Counted from the stretch's first letter, positions 18,782 through 30,090 are shown. The stretch: DNA of 64,000 bases from an uncultured Gammaproteobacteria bacterium (GCA_964411255.1 CAYPKD010000007.1:13344-77343); one strand, 5' to 3'. Program-made: numbers and translations. Notes: a model not told the origin generated them from the sequence alone.

Positions 18782-20152
18782 TTATCTGTCAAGCTGGCTT
18801 AATCTCTCACAAAGTTTATCATGTAATTCATCAAATTGCATAGCTCTTGAAGCTTTAAATAAAACCACATCTCCCGGATTTACTTTTTCAATCAACCTCG
18901 AAACAATTAATTCTCTGTCTTCTACTTTTATAAATTCACTTTCAGTATCATCCATTAGAGCTGTGGCTGCGCCAGCATATTGTCCAAATCCATATACAAC
19001 ATCAACTCCAAGCATTTTAGCAAATTCTAATATTTTTATATGTAATTCTTCTGTTTGCTCGCCTAATTCTAACATATCACCAAAAATAAAATAGAATCGT
19101 CCTTGATACAATGATTTAGCTGATAATATTGCTGCCATAGCTGAATCTGGATTGGCATTATAAGCATCATTGATTATTGTCACTCCATTAACTATTTGCG
19201 TCTCAAATCTCATTTTCGGATATTCAAATTTTTCAAAACCTTCCTGAATATCAAGCCAATCAATGTTAAAATGCCGGGCCACTGCAATTGCTGCCAGCAT
19301 ATTCATTATATTATGATCAGCAATTGCCAAATCAAACTGCAAAACTGCATTACCTTTTTTATGGACAGCTTCAAAAGACGTCCACTCATCAATGACAGTA
19401 AGATTATCAGCTCTCATTCTACAAGACGCAGCAATTCCAAATGTAATAACTTGCCTGGAATAATCACAATCTGCAATTATTTTTTCACATTGCTCATTAT
19501 CACCATTTATGACAAATAAGCCATCTGGCTTTACTTGCTTTAATAATGCTGACTTTTCTCTTCTTACTCCGTCCAGAGTCTCAAAGGCTTCTAAATGAGC
19601 ATGGCCAATGTTAGTAATCACCCCAACATCAGGCGTGACCATTGTCGCTAAATATCTCATTTCACCTTTTTCACTCGTACCCAATTCAAGCACTAAAAAC
19701 TCTGTTTCTTCATTAATGCCAAAAATTGTTTCAGGCACACCAATTTTATTGTTATGGTTTTTATATGTTGAACAAACCTTATGCTTTGCTGACAAAACAT
19801 GGGCAATCATTTGAGTAGTTGTTGTCTTACCACAGCTGCCAGTAACTGCAATTACCTGACAGTCGAACTCTGACAGCCAAAGCTTTGCCAATCTACCAAG
19901 CGCTTCAATCATGTTTTCTACAATTATAATATTTTCAATTCCCAAAATTTTTTGTTCTGTAATAGCGCAAGCGGCTCCATTTTCCAATGCTTGAGGAATA
20001 AAATTAATTCCCGTATTTATAGCCACAAACAAATCTCCAGGCTTTACTTTTCTGGAATCAAGGCAGATACCAGATATTTCGTCTGTAGACGCATCTAAAG
20101 TATAAAGTAAAGGGTCAAGCAAACCTATAACTTTTCTAAGGCTGATTATCAA
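18782..20152 (-). CDS. murF: UDP-N-acetylmuramoyl-tripeptide--D-Ala-D-Ala ligase
   Basis: DSRKV, VTGSCGKTTT, NN.IGVP, NDAYNANPDS, GDMLELG, KASR. Confidence 0.95.
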   Translation of the reverse strand: MIISLRKVIGLLDPLLYTLDASTDEISGICLDSRKVKPGDLFVAINTGINFIPQALENGAACAITEQKILGIENIIIVENMIEALGRLAKLWLSEFDCQVIAVTGSCGKTTTTQMIAHVLSAKHKVCSTYKNHNNKIGVPETIFGINEETEFLVLELGTSEKGEMRYLATMVTPDVGVITNIGHAHLEAFETLDGVRREKSALLKQVKPDGLFVINGDNEQCEKIIADCDYSRQVITFGIAASCRMRADNLTVIDEWTSFEAVHKKGNAVLQFDLAIADHNIMNMLAAIAVARHFNIDWLDIQEGFEKFEYPKMRFETQIVNGVTIINDAYNANPDSAMAAILSAKSLYQGRFYFIFGDMLELGEQTEELHIKILEFAKMLGVDVVYGFGQYAGAATALMDDTESEFIKVEDRELIVSRLIEKVNPGDVVLFKASRAMQFDELHDKLCERLSQLDR

Positions 20153-20391
20153 TTTTTACCTCCTTTCTATCAAAGAACTGAATTTGAATAAAACTTATCA
20201 AGAAAAGTATACCGTGTCAATTTTTTAAAAGAAAAAACCCCGTAAAAACGGGGCTTTCTCTCTCATTAGGCTTTTCGTTGCAATTAGCAACAATTTGTTA
20301 TATAACAAAGGGAAACAATTCACCTTTGCTTAATTTATTCTAACAAATTTTAATTATGCTAGTCAACCAAGCCAAGATGTTTTGTGGATAA

Positions 20392-20712
20392 CTACTTCTT
20401 CTTTAATTCTCGTTCAACCTCTTTCCATCTCGCTTTTAATTCTCTCCGAACTTCCTCCATAGTTTTATCAGCTGCTTTCTTTTTCTTTTTATAATCATCA
20501 ACTACTTTGTCAACCACGTCATCGTACTTTTTCTTTGTCATTTTCTTTGCTTTTTCCACTTCACGTAAAATTTTATTGCTCATTTCCTTAGCTAACTTTT
20601 TAATGTCAGCCCGGGTTTGTTTTCCTGATTTTGGAGCTAAAAGCAATGCAGCCACAGTTCCAATCACAGCGCCAATCGCCGCTCCTGCTAGAAATGATTT
20701 CTTTTTACCCAT
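20392..20712 (-). CDS. YtxH domain protein
   Basis: FLAGAAIGAVIG..AALLLAPKSGKQTR. Confidence 0.9.
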   Translation of the reverse strand: MGKKKSFLAGAAIGAVIGTVAALLLAPKSGKQTRADIKKLAKEMSNKILREVEKAKKMTKKKYDDVVDKVVDDYKKKKKAADKTMEEVRRELKARWKEVERELKKK

Positions 20713-20792
20713 AAATTATTTTTGTTAATTTTTATGTCTGTATTATATCATTTGTGTAAAAATATGTACAAGAAATATTTTAGCTTTATATT

Positions 20793-21884
20793 CTAAAGCC
20801 AAGGGCTGAGTATCTCTGCAAAAGCACTTTTTAACCTCTGAATCAATCCTTTATTTTTCCATCTACTTTCTTCAAAAGGCTCAGAATATTCTTTCCACTC
20901 TGTAAAAATTTTTTCTAAATCTCCGACCATTTGTTTATCTGTGAAATACGCATTGGCTTCCAGGTTCCTGTAAAAGCTGCCTTTGTCAATATTGCTTGAT
21001 CCGACCATGCCTTCTTTGCTGTCAACAACATAAGCTTTGCCATGCATCATCTGAGGGGTAAAATACATTTTTACTCCGAGCTTATGCATTGCATTATAAT
21101 ATTTTCTGGCAGCCCACTGGACAACTTTTAGGTCTGTTCTCAATGGAATAATCAAATCAATTTTCACTCCCCTCTTTCTCGCTCTGGCCAAGGCCTTGAC
21201 CAATTTTCTGTTAGGCAAATAATACGGCACAGCTAATTTCAAATTCTTTTTTGCTTTATTAATTGATTTTAAAAAACTGGCATGCACTTTTGATCTTTTG
21301 GCATGAGGAAACTGAAATAAAAATTTTAATTTTTTACTTTTTTCTAATTTTGGATGAAGCAGTTTTTTAACTTTTTTTCTATCACCACCAGCTCTGACGT
21401 ATGATTTTGCAAATGCGCGGGTTAAAGACCGAACCATTGGCCCTTTTACCATTAATAACAAATCCAGCCAGTCAGCCATGAAATTTTGAATATTAACTCC
21501 GCCGATAAATCCAATCTCATTATCAATAATCATGATCTTGCGATGAGTTCTTTCCCAAAATGCCCGCCAAAATCTCATGAACTTGCCTAAAGTAACTGGA
21601 TTATATATTACCAAATCAACTCCAGCCTTTTTTAATCTATCAATAGATGAAGAAGATAATTTAAAACTGCCCACTCCGTCTATTACCATTTTTATATCTA
21701 GACCTTGCTTTGCTTTTTCTGTAAGCAAATCCACAAATCTCTGTCCTGCTTCGTCATCAATAAAAATATAAGTCTCCCAATAAATGCTTTTTTGGGCTTT
21801 TTTCATTTCTTCATACATAGCATCCCAGGCATCGCGCGAAACTGAAAAAAATTGATACTGAATTGGCTGGTGGTTATTTTTCAT
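20793..21884 (-). CDS. phospholipase D family / cardiolipin synthase (ClsB-like)
   Basis: Two HKD motifs, HRKIMIID and HGKAYVVD..GSSN; no N-terminal TM. Confidence 0.88.
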   Translation of the reverse strand: MKNNHQPIQYQFFSVSRDAWDAMYEEMKKAQKSIYWETYIFIDDEAGQRFVDLLTEKAKQGLDIKMVIDGVGSFKLSSSSIDRLKKAGVDLVIYNPVTLGKFMRFWRAFWERTHRKIMIIDNEIGFIGGVNIQNFMADWLDLLLMVKGPMVRSLTRAFAKSYVRAGGDRKKVKKLLHPKLEKSKKLKFLFQFPHAKRSKVHASFLKSINKAKKNLKLAVPYYLPNRKLVKALARARKRGVKIDLIIPLRTDLKVVQWAARKYYNAMHKLGVKMYFTPQMMHGKAYVVDSKEGMVGSSNIDKGSFYRNLEANAYFTDKQMVGDLEKIFTEWKEYSEPFEESRWKNKGLIQRLKSAFAEILSPWL

Positions 21885-22198
21885 ATACATTTTAATTCTA
21901 ACACAAATCACTGAAAATGAAAGATTTTTAAAAGAAGGAGACCTGATGTACATTGACAACAGGTCTCAATACGCAACGGATGCGCTTGCTCCTCAGTAAT
22001 ATTATAAGGTATTTGTCATTTTTTTACAAACTACCGTCCTACTGACCTACCAACCTACCGATCTAATAAAAGACTTATCCACTTAACAAAACTGTAAATC
22101 TTTGATATCTTGCCACAAGGAGGAAGTTCCTTGAAATTAACAGCAAAAAGCTGTTCTTTTTTTGACTCTATGAGCTGAGCCGGAAAGGAAGGGGAAGC

Positions 22199-23746
22199 TT
22201 GAAGCATTTCATAACTTTAGATGATTTTACTTTAGAAGAAATTCTACAAATAGTAGCTGATTCAATTGGCTATATTCCGTTTGCCTGGGAAAAAAGATTT
22301 CTGCCAAAAAAAGATAGACTATATGTTAATTTTAAAGATAAAATGGCATTGAAACTTATAATGATGCTCGAACCTACCAGCCGCACAGGATATTCAAATT
22401 GGCTAGGAGGGAAACTTAACCGGTTTGAAGTAATGATGCTAGCCGGCAAGGAAGCCCTGTCCCTGGCAAAATCTGAAAGCTTAGCAGATGCAGTGCGTAC
22501 CCATGCTGGCACTCAACGAGCAGATATTTTAGTATTAAGAACAAAATTTGAAGGCAGTGCAAGATTTGCCAAAGAAATTTTGGCAAAATCAGGCTATCAA
22601 TGCGCTGTGCACAATGCAGGAGATGGCGCAAATAGGCATCCGACGCAGGCTTTACTAAACCTGACAACAATCATGCACAAGCTGGGCAGACTCAATGACT
22701 TTACCATTGGCTTTTTCGGTGATTTAAAATATTCCAGAACTCTTAATTCAGACCTTGACGCTCTTCGCATATTAAATAATGAATATAGGAATATCAGAGT
22801 TATCACTGTTTGCGCTCCTGGCACAGGTATTCCAGATTATCGTCGGCAAGGGCTGGAAATTGAAGAATATGATTCATTTGACGCTTTCAGACAATGCGAT
22901 GTTATAAGCGGCATTAGAATTCAGCAAGAAAGATATACAGATCCAATGGAAAAAGCCAGAGTAATGGGCAAATTCATTTTAGGTTTGAAAATTCTTAATT
23001 CAATGAAAGACGATGTTGTAGTCATGCATCCTGGTCCTCGCGGCCCGGAAATTGACGCAGCGATTTCTCTAGACCCAAGAGTGGTAATGTGGGAACAAAT
23101 GTTTATTGGTGTGGCGACCAGAATGGCGCTGGACCGTTGGAGCTATAATCTGCTTGATGAAAAAACAACTTTTGATGATATTAAGCCTTGCCGAATTGAA
23201 GAAAAAGAAAAAGAACCAAATGAAGACAGATTGAAAAAAAGAGAGAAAGAAGGCAAAACTGATGAATATTTCAGGCCAATCCGCAGGCGAGGCACAATTA
23301 TCGATCATATTACATTAGGTCTGGGCGGACCTATAAAAAGAATTATGAAAAAATTCAATGGCGCTGAAGGCCAGGGCACTGTGCATTCAGTGGAAATTGA
23401 AGGAAGAAAAGATGTAATCGTGCTTCAGGGTAAATTTCCTAAGCCTTGGTTTAAAACTATCATTGAATTTTTAAATCCTAACACCACCTTTAACATCATA
23501 GATGAAGGCTGGTTTGAAAAACAAAAAGTCAGAATTTCAGGTGCTACTATGCCGAATGCTCTGACCTGTCCAAATCCAGTCTGCATTTCCAGAAATGAGG
23601 AAGAAGCTGAATCCAGTTTTACAGTTTGTCTTCGTACTTCAAAAGCAATGTGTGACAACTGCATGCGCGAATTCACCAGAGCTGAGATTATAAAAGCAAC
23701 TTTTGATATAAATGTAGAACAGCTTGAGCAAGCTAATGGGGAATAA
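22199..23746 (+). CDS. pyrBI: aspartate carbamoyltransferase catalytic-regulatory fusion (PyrB-PyrI)
   Basis: EPTSRT, NAGDG..HPTQ, GDLKYSRT, RIQQER, HPGP; then GTIIDHI and CPNPVC..CDNC Zn site. Confidence 0.88.
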   Translation: MKHFITLDDFTLEEILQIVADSIGYIPFAWEKRFLPKKDRLYVNFKDKMALKLIMMLEPTSRTGYSNWLGGKLNRFEVMMLAGKEALSLAKSESLADAVRTHAGTQRADILVLRTKFEGSARFAKEILAKSGYQCAVHNAGDGANRHPTQALLNLTTIMHKLGRLNDFTIGFFGDLKYSRTLNSDLDALRILNNEYRNIRVITVCAPGTGIPDYRRQGLEIEEYDSFDAFRQCDVISGIRIQQERYTDPMEKARVMGKFILGLKILNSMKDDVVVMHPGPRGPEIDAAISLDPRVVMWEQMFIGVATRMALDRWSYNLLDEKTTFDDIKPCRIEEKEKEPNEDRLKKREKEGKTDEYFRPIRRRGTIIDHITLGLGGPIKRIMKKFNGAEGQGTVHSVEIEGRKDVIVLQGKFPKPWFKTIIEFLNPNTTFNIIDEGWFEKQKVRISGATMPNALTCPNPVCISRNEEEAESSFTVCLRTSKAMCDNCMREFTRAEIIKATFDINVEQLEQANGE

Positions 23747-23812
23747 TTAAAACTCTTAGACATTCTAAGAGTTTTTTTATATTAAAAAAGAACGAATTGT
23801 TCGTTCTTTATA

Positions 23813-24919
23813 TTATACTCCCCCTAATGAACTTCTTTCATACACATCTTTGTCTAGCTCAATTACTGATTCATATAAACGCAGGATCTCCTGCATTTCA
23901 TCTTCAAGAGGAGCATTTGTTCGCTCACCACGTCCTTGCTGAGATTCTTTCAATTTTTCCTTCAATCCTTCAAGCTTATCGAGCAATTCTTTTCTATTTG
24001 AAGGGTTACGGTCTTTAATACGTTCCACAAAATCTGTCAGCCTCTCTGCGATCATACGCAGATCAGGATCAAATTGCGACAGATACTGCTCATGCTTTTT
24101 GAGCCTGGCAAGTTCTGCTTTTTTCATTTTAGATTTTTTTTCAAAAGAATGAAGGAAATTAAATGAAAACACTACCATTATAAATCTAATTATTCCAGTT
24201 ACAATAATAACAGGTAAAAAGAAAACCGAAAATGCAACTGCGGTCAAATCTGCTGGCACATACCAGAACAAGAAGTATTTACTATATCCAAATCCTTTAT
24301 ATATCTTTTCATAATCATATGCCCAAACACAATTATAAATTCCGACTACTAGCAGAATTGATATATAGAAAAGAAGTACCATACCAATTATTCCAAAACT
24401 TTGCGGCAGCCATTCAGCTGAATATATATACACCCAATAGCCCAATTTTTCTGATAAGATAGGTTCTGCTGTGGCCTTTAGTTCTTTTGATTCATGCTCT
24501 TTTGTGCTATATACTTTAACCATCATTTCCAGATCTCCTGGAGACTGGGCTTCTATACTTTTTATTAATGCAATCATTTCAACAAAGTCAGCAGTTTTAT
24601 CTTCGAATTTACTCATTGCCTTAACAAATAAAGACAAAATGCCTTCAAACTGAACACATGACTCATCATATTCAGCCTGATCAAGATTTGAAATACAGCT
24701 GTAAAAATCATTTTCTTCCTTGATTTTATTATTCTCAGAAATAATTTTTGCATTTTGCTTATTTGCCAGCTCAATTTTTATATTGTTAAAACTTGAGATC
24801 CTTGTCATATAGTTTGAGTAAACTATTGCTATTGACGCATGAAATATCACAAAACAAACAATCCAGGTAATCAGGCCAGCTTTTGTAATATCCCAATACT
24901 CTCTGCCAGTGATCTTCAT
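23813..24919 (-). CDS. hypothetical membrane protein with coiled coils
   Basis: 3 TM segments; AGGAGG RBS and own promoter. Confidence 0.65.
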   Translation of the reverse strand: MKITGREYWDITKAGLITWIVCFVIFHASIAIVYSNYMTRISSFNNIKIELANKQNAKIISENNKIKEENDFYSCISNLDQAEYDESCVQFEGILSLFVKAMSKFEDKTADFVEMIALIKSIEAQSPGDLEMMVKVYSTKEHESKELKATAEPILSEKLGYWVYIYSAEWLPQSFGIIGMVLLFYISILLVVGIYNCVWAYDYEKIYKGFGYSKYFLFWYVPADLTAVAFSVFFLPVIIVTGIIRFIMVVFSFNFLHSFEKKSKMKKAELARLKKHEQYLSQFDPDLRMIAERLTDFVERIKDRNPSNRKELLDKLEGLKEKLKESQQGRGERTNAPLEDEMQEILRLYESVIELDKDVYERSSLGGV

Positions 24920-25142
24920 TAGGCCCCTCCTGACCAGTTGATGTCAAAAAACATTAGATTTTACTTTAGCTCAATACACTAATTATGTCAATTATAAGCT
25001 ATTTTTATGCAAATTTTACTCTCTTGCAATATTTTTAGACTTGTGCTAAAATATCACTACTGTAACTACAAGATCTACAGATCCTCTACAGATAATACAG
25101 ATATCCGTAATATCAGTAATCATCCGTAGATCCGTAACCAAT

Positions 25143-25427
25143 ATGAAGAAAGACATACATCCAAAATACTATAAAAATGCAAAAGTTACCTGCGCATGCG
25201 GTAATAATTTTGTTACTGGCTCAACTCAGGAAGAAATAAAAACTGAGCTTTGTTCAATGTGCCATCCTTTCTTTACTGGCAAACAAAAAATCGTCGATAC
25301 TGCCCGCAGAGTAGAAAAATTCCAGGAAAAAATGGCAAAGAAAAAACAAGTGGCTGCAGGACGAAAAGGCAAAACTGCAAAACGAAAAGCAAAAGCAGCA
25401 AAGAAAAAAGCAACTGCCAAAAAATAG
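25143..25427 (+). CDS. rpmE: 50S ribosomal protein L31
   Basis: [23 protein letters not shown]. Confidence 0.97.
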   Translation: MKKDIHPKYYKNAKVTCACGNNFVTGSTQEEIKTELCSMCHPFFTGKQKIVDTARRVEKFQEKMAKKKQVAAGRKGKTAKRKAKAAKKKATAKK

Positions 25428-25643
25428 CTATCTTAAATTGATCTCCCAAAAAGAGGCATTGGTTTTCATTGCCTGAAGTTAAGGGAGATTTTTTGATAGA
25501 AGAGGGCTTAAGATGGCCTGAGAAGGCTTTAGAGGTTTAGGGGAAAAGAGGAAAAGGAGGCTGCCTTCTTTACCTATCTACCTCCTCACCCTCTTATGCC
25601 CCCTTCTACCCTCTCAAGTCTTCTAACATGTTATACTAATTAT

Positions 25644-26714
25644 ATGAAACAACAAATAGATAAAATCAAAAAACAATTTAAAAAACTGGAAGACCAGCTT
25701 TCTGATCCGGCTGTGCTTAAAGATGCTCAAAAATTAAAAAATATTTCTTCAGAACATGCTGATTTAAAAGATTTAGTTGAGATAATTGAAAAGCATGAAA
25801 CAGTGCAAGATAATTTAAAACAAGCTCAGGACACATTAAAAGACAAATCTGCTGATGATGAATTAAAAGAATTGGCTAAGCAGGAAATTGAAGATCTTGA
25901 GAAAAAAATCTTAAAGCTGGAGAATAAACTTAAAATCGCTTTGCTACCCAAAGATCCAAATGATGCTAAAAATGTAATTATGGAAATCAGAGCTGGAGCA
26001 GGCGGTGATGAATCTGCGCTCTTTGCTGCTGATCTTTTCCGCATGTATTCAAAATATGCAGAAAGCAAAAAATGGAAAACGTCGCTCTTAAGCGCCAATC
26101 GAATTGGGATCGGTGGATTTAAAGAAGTCATTTTTGAAATCACAGGAAAAAATGTATTTGCTGACATGAAATATGAAATGGGCGTTCATCGGGTGCAAAG
26201 AGTACCGGAAACTGAAAAACAAGGGCGGGTCCATACTTCAACTGCCACTGTAGCTGTTTTACCAGAAGCTGAGGAATTTGATTTTAAAATTGATCCAACA
26301 GATTTACGCATAGATACTTTCTGCGCTGGCGGCCATGGCGGACAGGGAGTGAATACTACATATTCAGCGGTCAGAATAACTCATACGCCTACAAACACCG
26401 TAGTTTCATGCCAGGATGAACGATCTCAGGCTCAAAATAAAGACAAAGCAATGCGGGTCATGCGATCAAGACTTTATGATCTTGAACAGGAAAAAGCGCA
26501 TAAAGAAATGGCTGAAGCCAGAAAATCTCAGGTCGGCTCAGGCGACCGCTCAGAAAAAATTCGTACTTATAATTTCCCGCAGGACAGAATCACTGACCAC
26601 CGAATCAAAAAAAATTGGGCAAATATTCATGGGATTTTAGATGGTGAGATTGAGGAAATTATTAAAACAATAAGGGAAGAAGATACTAAATTGAAATTAG
26701 AAAAGCAAAAATAA
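25644..26714 (+). CDS. prfA: peptide chain release factor 1
   Basis: [10 protein letters not shown] (PxT), [12 protein letters not shown]. Confidence 0.97.
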   Translation: MKQQIDKIKKQFKKLEDQLSDPAVLKDAQKLKNISSEHADLKDLVEIIEKHETVQDNLKQAQDTLKDKSADDELKELAKQEIEDLEKKILKLENKLKIALLPKDPNDAKNVIMEIRAGAGGDESALFAADLFRMYSKYAESKKWKTSLLSANRIGIGGFKEVIFEITGKNVFADMKYEMGVHRVQRVPETEKQGRVHTSTATVAVLPEAEEFDFKIDPTDLRIDTFCAGGHGGQGVNTTYSAVRITHTPTNTVVSCQDERSQAQNKDKAMRVMRSRLYDLEQEKAHKEMAEARKSQVGSGDRSEKIRTYNFPQDRITDHRIKKNWANIHGILDGEIEEIIKTIREEDTKLKLEKQK

Positions 26715-26730
26715 TCATTTGGCCTTGACT

Positions 26731-27570
26731 ATGACAATCAAGCAAACTTTACAAAAAGCCATTCAAAAACTAAAATTAAAAAAAATCCTCAGTCCAAGAT
26801 TAGATGCTGAGGTTTTGTTGGCTTTTGTTTTGAGAAAAGACAAAACTTTTCTTTACACTTATCCAAATAAACAATTAACTTCTGCTCAGCTTAAAAAATT
26901 TAATCAATTAATTTCCAAACGATTAAAATATTGGCCTGTCTCCTATTTAATTGGTCAAAAAGAATTTTATAAATTGCCATTCAAAGTCAATCAAAAAGTT
27001 TTGATTCCCAGACCTGAAACTGAACTAATGGTTGATGAGGTTTTAAAACTTAATAAAAAATGGACAGTTTCAGACATTGGCACAGGATCAGGCTGTATTG
27101 CCATTGCTCTGGCAAAAAATGGATTTAATAAAGTTTATGCAACTGATATTTCAAATTCAATTTTAAATCTGTCCAAACAAAATGCAAAATCTAATAAAGT
27201 CTCAGGAAAAATTAAATTTTTAAAAGGAAATCTTTTCAAGCCTCTTCAAAAAAATAAAATTGATATTGTAGCAGCCAATCTACCCTATCTTTCTAATAAA
27301 GTATTTAAAACTCATATTAAAATGTTTCCTTCACTGAAATATGAACCGAAAACCGCATTGAATGCACCGCTTGAAGGGCTTTATTATTTTCAGCAGCTTT
27401 TTGAACAGCTTTCAAATGCCAAATACAAACCAAAATATATATTTATAGAAATTGATCCTGATCAGGCTGAAAAAATGAAAAGGCTGATAAAAAACTATTT
27501 TAAACCCAAATCAATTCAAATAAAAAAGGACTTGTGTGGAAAAAAACGGCTGGTGATTGTAAGACTATAG
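26731..27570 (+). CDS. prmC: release factor glutamine methyltransferase
   Basis: LIPRPETE, DIGTGSGCI, NLPY; follows prfA. Confidence 0.95.
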   Translation: MTIKQTLQKAIQKLKLKKILSPRLDAEVLLAFVLRKDKTFLYTYPNKQLTSAQLKKFNQLISKRLKYWPVSYLIGQKEFYKLPFKVNQKVLIPRPETELMVDEVLKLNKKWTVSDIGTGSGCIAIALAKNGFNKVYATDISNSILNLSKQNAKSNKVSGKIKFLKGNLFKPLQKNKIDIVAANLPYLSNKVFKTHIKMFPSLKYEPKTALNAPLEGLYYFQQLFEQLSNAKYKPKYIFIEIDPDQAEKMKRLIKNYFKPKSIQIKKDLCGKKRLVIVRL

Positions 27571-27628
27571 TTATTGACATTAAAAACAAAATGCGCTATT
27601 GTTAATTGTTCTGGCAAGGAGGTGCAAC

Positions 27629-27922
27629 ATGCCAAACATTGAGATTCATGGTTATCTACAATCTCACAAACTTCTTTCTGAAGAAATATGCCAGAAAATC
27701 ATTAAAGGTTTAAAAAATACACCAATCGCTAATGAAGTTGTGATTACTGTTCATCACACAGAATGCCTTGATTTAGACGGATCAATCTCTCCATTCTTCC
27801 GAGTCCTTTACACTGAGGATGATCCAATTGATACAGTCATTGCATTTTTGCATCAAACCTTTGACATGGGGATTGAGCTTCAGCCTTTAGCCAAGTTTAT
27901 TAAAGCAAGAAGTGAATCATAG
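27629..27922 (+). CDS. small protein, possibly tautomerase-like (Met-Pro N-terminus)
   Basis: AAGGAGGT RBS; MPNIEIHG. Confidence 0.5.
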   Translation: MPNIEIHGYLQSHKLLSEEICQKIIKGLKNTPIANEVVITVHHTECLDLDGSISPFFRVLYTEDDPIDTVIAFLHQTFDMGIELQPLAKFIKARSES

Positions 27923-27985
27923 AACTATTGACATAACAATAAAAACATGTAACGTAATAGACACATAGGTCAATACCTAAAGGAG

Positions 27986-29074
27986 GTGAAAATGTCCATT
28001 GACATCAAATCAATAATCTCGCAATTCCAAATTCCTGGAAAATATATTTCTGCACAAGCTTTTGGAAATGGTTTAATTAATGACACATTTGTTGTCGTGT
28101 TTGAACATGAGAATCAGACTATTCGCTATATTTGTCAGCAGATAAATAAAGCTGTCTTTTCAAATCCTAAACAAGTAATGCACAATATTCAATGTGTAAC
28201 TTCTCATGTCCGTAATAAACTAGAACAGCAAGGATTTGAAGATATAGCAAGAAGAGTTTTAACTCTCGTACCTACTAAAGATGGTGATTTATATTATTGT
28301 GATAAAAATGAAAATTTCTGGCGACTCTACCTTTTTATCGAAGGGACGTCGACCTGTGAAACCACTCCAACATTACATCAAGCGTATGAAGCTGCCAAAG
28401 CATTTGGAGAATTTCAGGCTAGAATCGCTGACATCGAAAGTTCAAAATTATTTGAAACAATCCCAGATTTTCATAATACACCAAAAAGATTTGAGGTGTT
28501 GCAAAAAGCATGTGCTGATGATGTTTGCCAACGCCTGAAAACCTGTAAGAGCGAGGTTCAATTTGCAGAAGAAAATATAGAAATTGCCCAAAAACTAGCC
28601 AAGCTACATAGTAGTGGAAAAATCCCTCAAAGAATTGTTCATAATGATACAAAATTCAATAATATTCTTTTTGATAACGAAACTAATGAAGGTATATGCG
28701 TAATTGATCTGGATACTGTAATGCCAGGTTTATCACTGTATGACTTTGGTGACATGGTCAGAAGTGCAATGAAATTGGCTCCAGTCAATGAGCACATGGA
28801 CTTGTTCAAGGTTTTGGTTATAGGATATTTAACTTCCATGAGAATGGTTCTTAGCTCAGATGAAATAGAGCTTCTGCATTTTTCACCCGTGGTAGTAACA
28901 TTTGAATTAGGAATTCGATATTTAACTGACTATCTTTTAGGCGATATATATTTTAAAACCACTCATCCTGAACAAAATCTTGAAAAGTGTAGATTACAAT
29001 TCCAGTTAGTTAAAGCTATTGAATTAAAAGAATGGGAAATGTCTGAGATCGTATTTCATAATAAATACTACTAA
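27986..29074 (+). CDS. aminoglycoside phosphotransferase-family kinase (N-acetylhexosamine 1-kinase-like)
   Basis: GNGLINDT, TIPDFHNTPKR, HNDTKFNN, IDLDTVMPG, DYL.GD.YFK. Confidence 0.85.
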   Translation: MKMSIDIKSIISQFQIPGKYISAQAFGNGLINDTFVVVFEHENQTIRYICQQINKAVFSNPKQVMHNIQCVTSHVRNKLEQQGFEDIARRVLTLVPTKDGDLYYCDKNENFWRLYLFIEGTSTCETTPTLHQAYEAAKAFGEFQARIADIESSKLFETIPDFHNTPKRFEVLQKACADDVCQRLKTCKSEVQFAEENIEIAQKLAKLHSSGKIPQRIVHNDTKFNNILFDNETNEGICVIDLDTVMPGLSLYDFGDMVRSAMKLAPVNEHMDLFKVLVIGYLTSMRMVLSSDEIELLHFSPVVVTFELGIRYLTDYLLGDIYFKTTHPEQNLEKCRLQFQLVKAIELKEWEMSEIVFHNKYY

Positions 29075-29157
29075 ATTTATAAGGGCATCAAATGTCCTTT
29101 TTTGATATAAAAAAACCTGCCGCACAATGCAGCAGATTTTTTATCCCCATTTATTCC

Positions 29158-30090
29158 TTAATCATTATTTCCACCAAGGGCTTTTGATCCCATGAATTTT
29201 CCTTGTCCACCATGACCCATAAATTTTTTATTTTCCCCACCAAACATATTTTTGGCCATGGTCTTTAATTTTTCCAATATTTTGTCCAATTGGCTTGAAT
29301 TTATCACACCTTCATCTACTAATTCCTGCAAAGGCTTTTCAATACCTTGAAATCGATTTCCCATTTTATTACCCGGCTTTTTAAGCATTTTACCGCTTTC
29401 AATAAATTCTAATTTTTTCTCATATTCTTCTTCAGTAATCTTTCCTTGTTCTAGCAAATCTTCTAATCGTGCTTTTTCAATGGACTTTCTTCGTTCTGCC
29501 ATTTTTTCATGAAACTCTGTCAAAGTAAATCCAGCTTCTTCAACTAACTCCTGCATCTTTTTACCGCTTTCTAAAGTCGATTTCAGTTCATCTACTGACA
29601 TGTCTAAAAGTTCTGCCTGGGCTGCTAAAATTTCCTCATGTTGCTGCTCCATCAATCCTTGTTTTTCCTGCATCAATGCCAATTTTTCATCAGCTTCTTC
29701 CTGAGTAATTTTTCCATCTGCAACCAGCTGATTTAAGTTTTCCTGCATTTTCTCTTCAGCTTTTGCCTGAACCGCTTGTTTAAAACTTTCCTGTGTATAG
29801 CCAGCTTCTTCAATAATATCTCTCATTGTCATACCACTATCAATTTTTGATTTAATTTCTTCAGCACTTAAACCCAGAATTTCAGAACTGATATCTTTTG
29901 CATGACCGAACATTTGCTTTTTATGACCCATTTTCATCCCAGGACCAAATGCTTTTTTATCAAATTTATGGCCCATGCCTTCGCCCATTTCAGAGCCCTG
30001 CCATAAATTTCCGTCATAAGCTAATGCTGGGGTGGTTAATAATAGACCTAAAAGAACAATTGAGATGATTAATGCTTTTTTCTTACTCAT
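29158..30090 (-). CDS. secreted helical-repeat protein
   Basis: Signal peptide (PALA); repeated LxxxGKITxEE motifs; Gly/Met/His-rich linkers. Confidence 0.7.
   Translation of the reverse strand: MSKKKALIISIVLLGLLLTTPALAYDGNLWQGSEMGEGMGHKFDKKAFGPGMKMGHKKQMFGHAKDISSEILGLSAEEIKSKIDSGMTMRDIIEEAGYTQESFKQAVQAKAEEKMQENLNQLVADGKITQEEADEKLALMQEKQGLMEQQHEEILAAQAELLDMSVDELKSTLESGKKMQELVEEAGFTLTEFHEKMAERRKSIEKARLEDLLEQGKITEEEYEKKLEFIESGKMLKKPGNKMGNRFQGIEKPLQELVDEGVINSSQLDKILEKLKTMAKNMFGGENKKFMGHGGQGKFMGSKALGGNND

Noticed and set aside
20383-20391. Replication origin
   Set aside because: Single perfect DnaA box, no cluster, no dnaA or dnaN nearby
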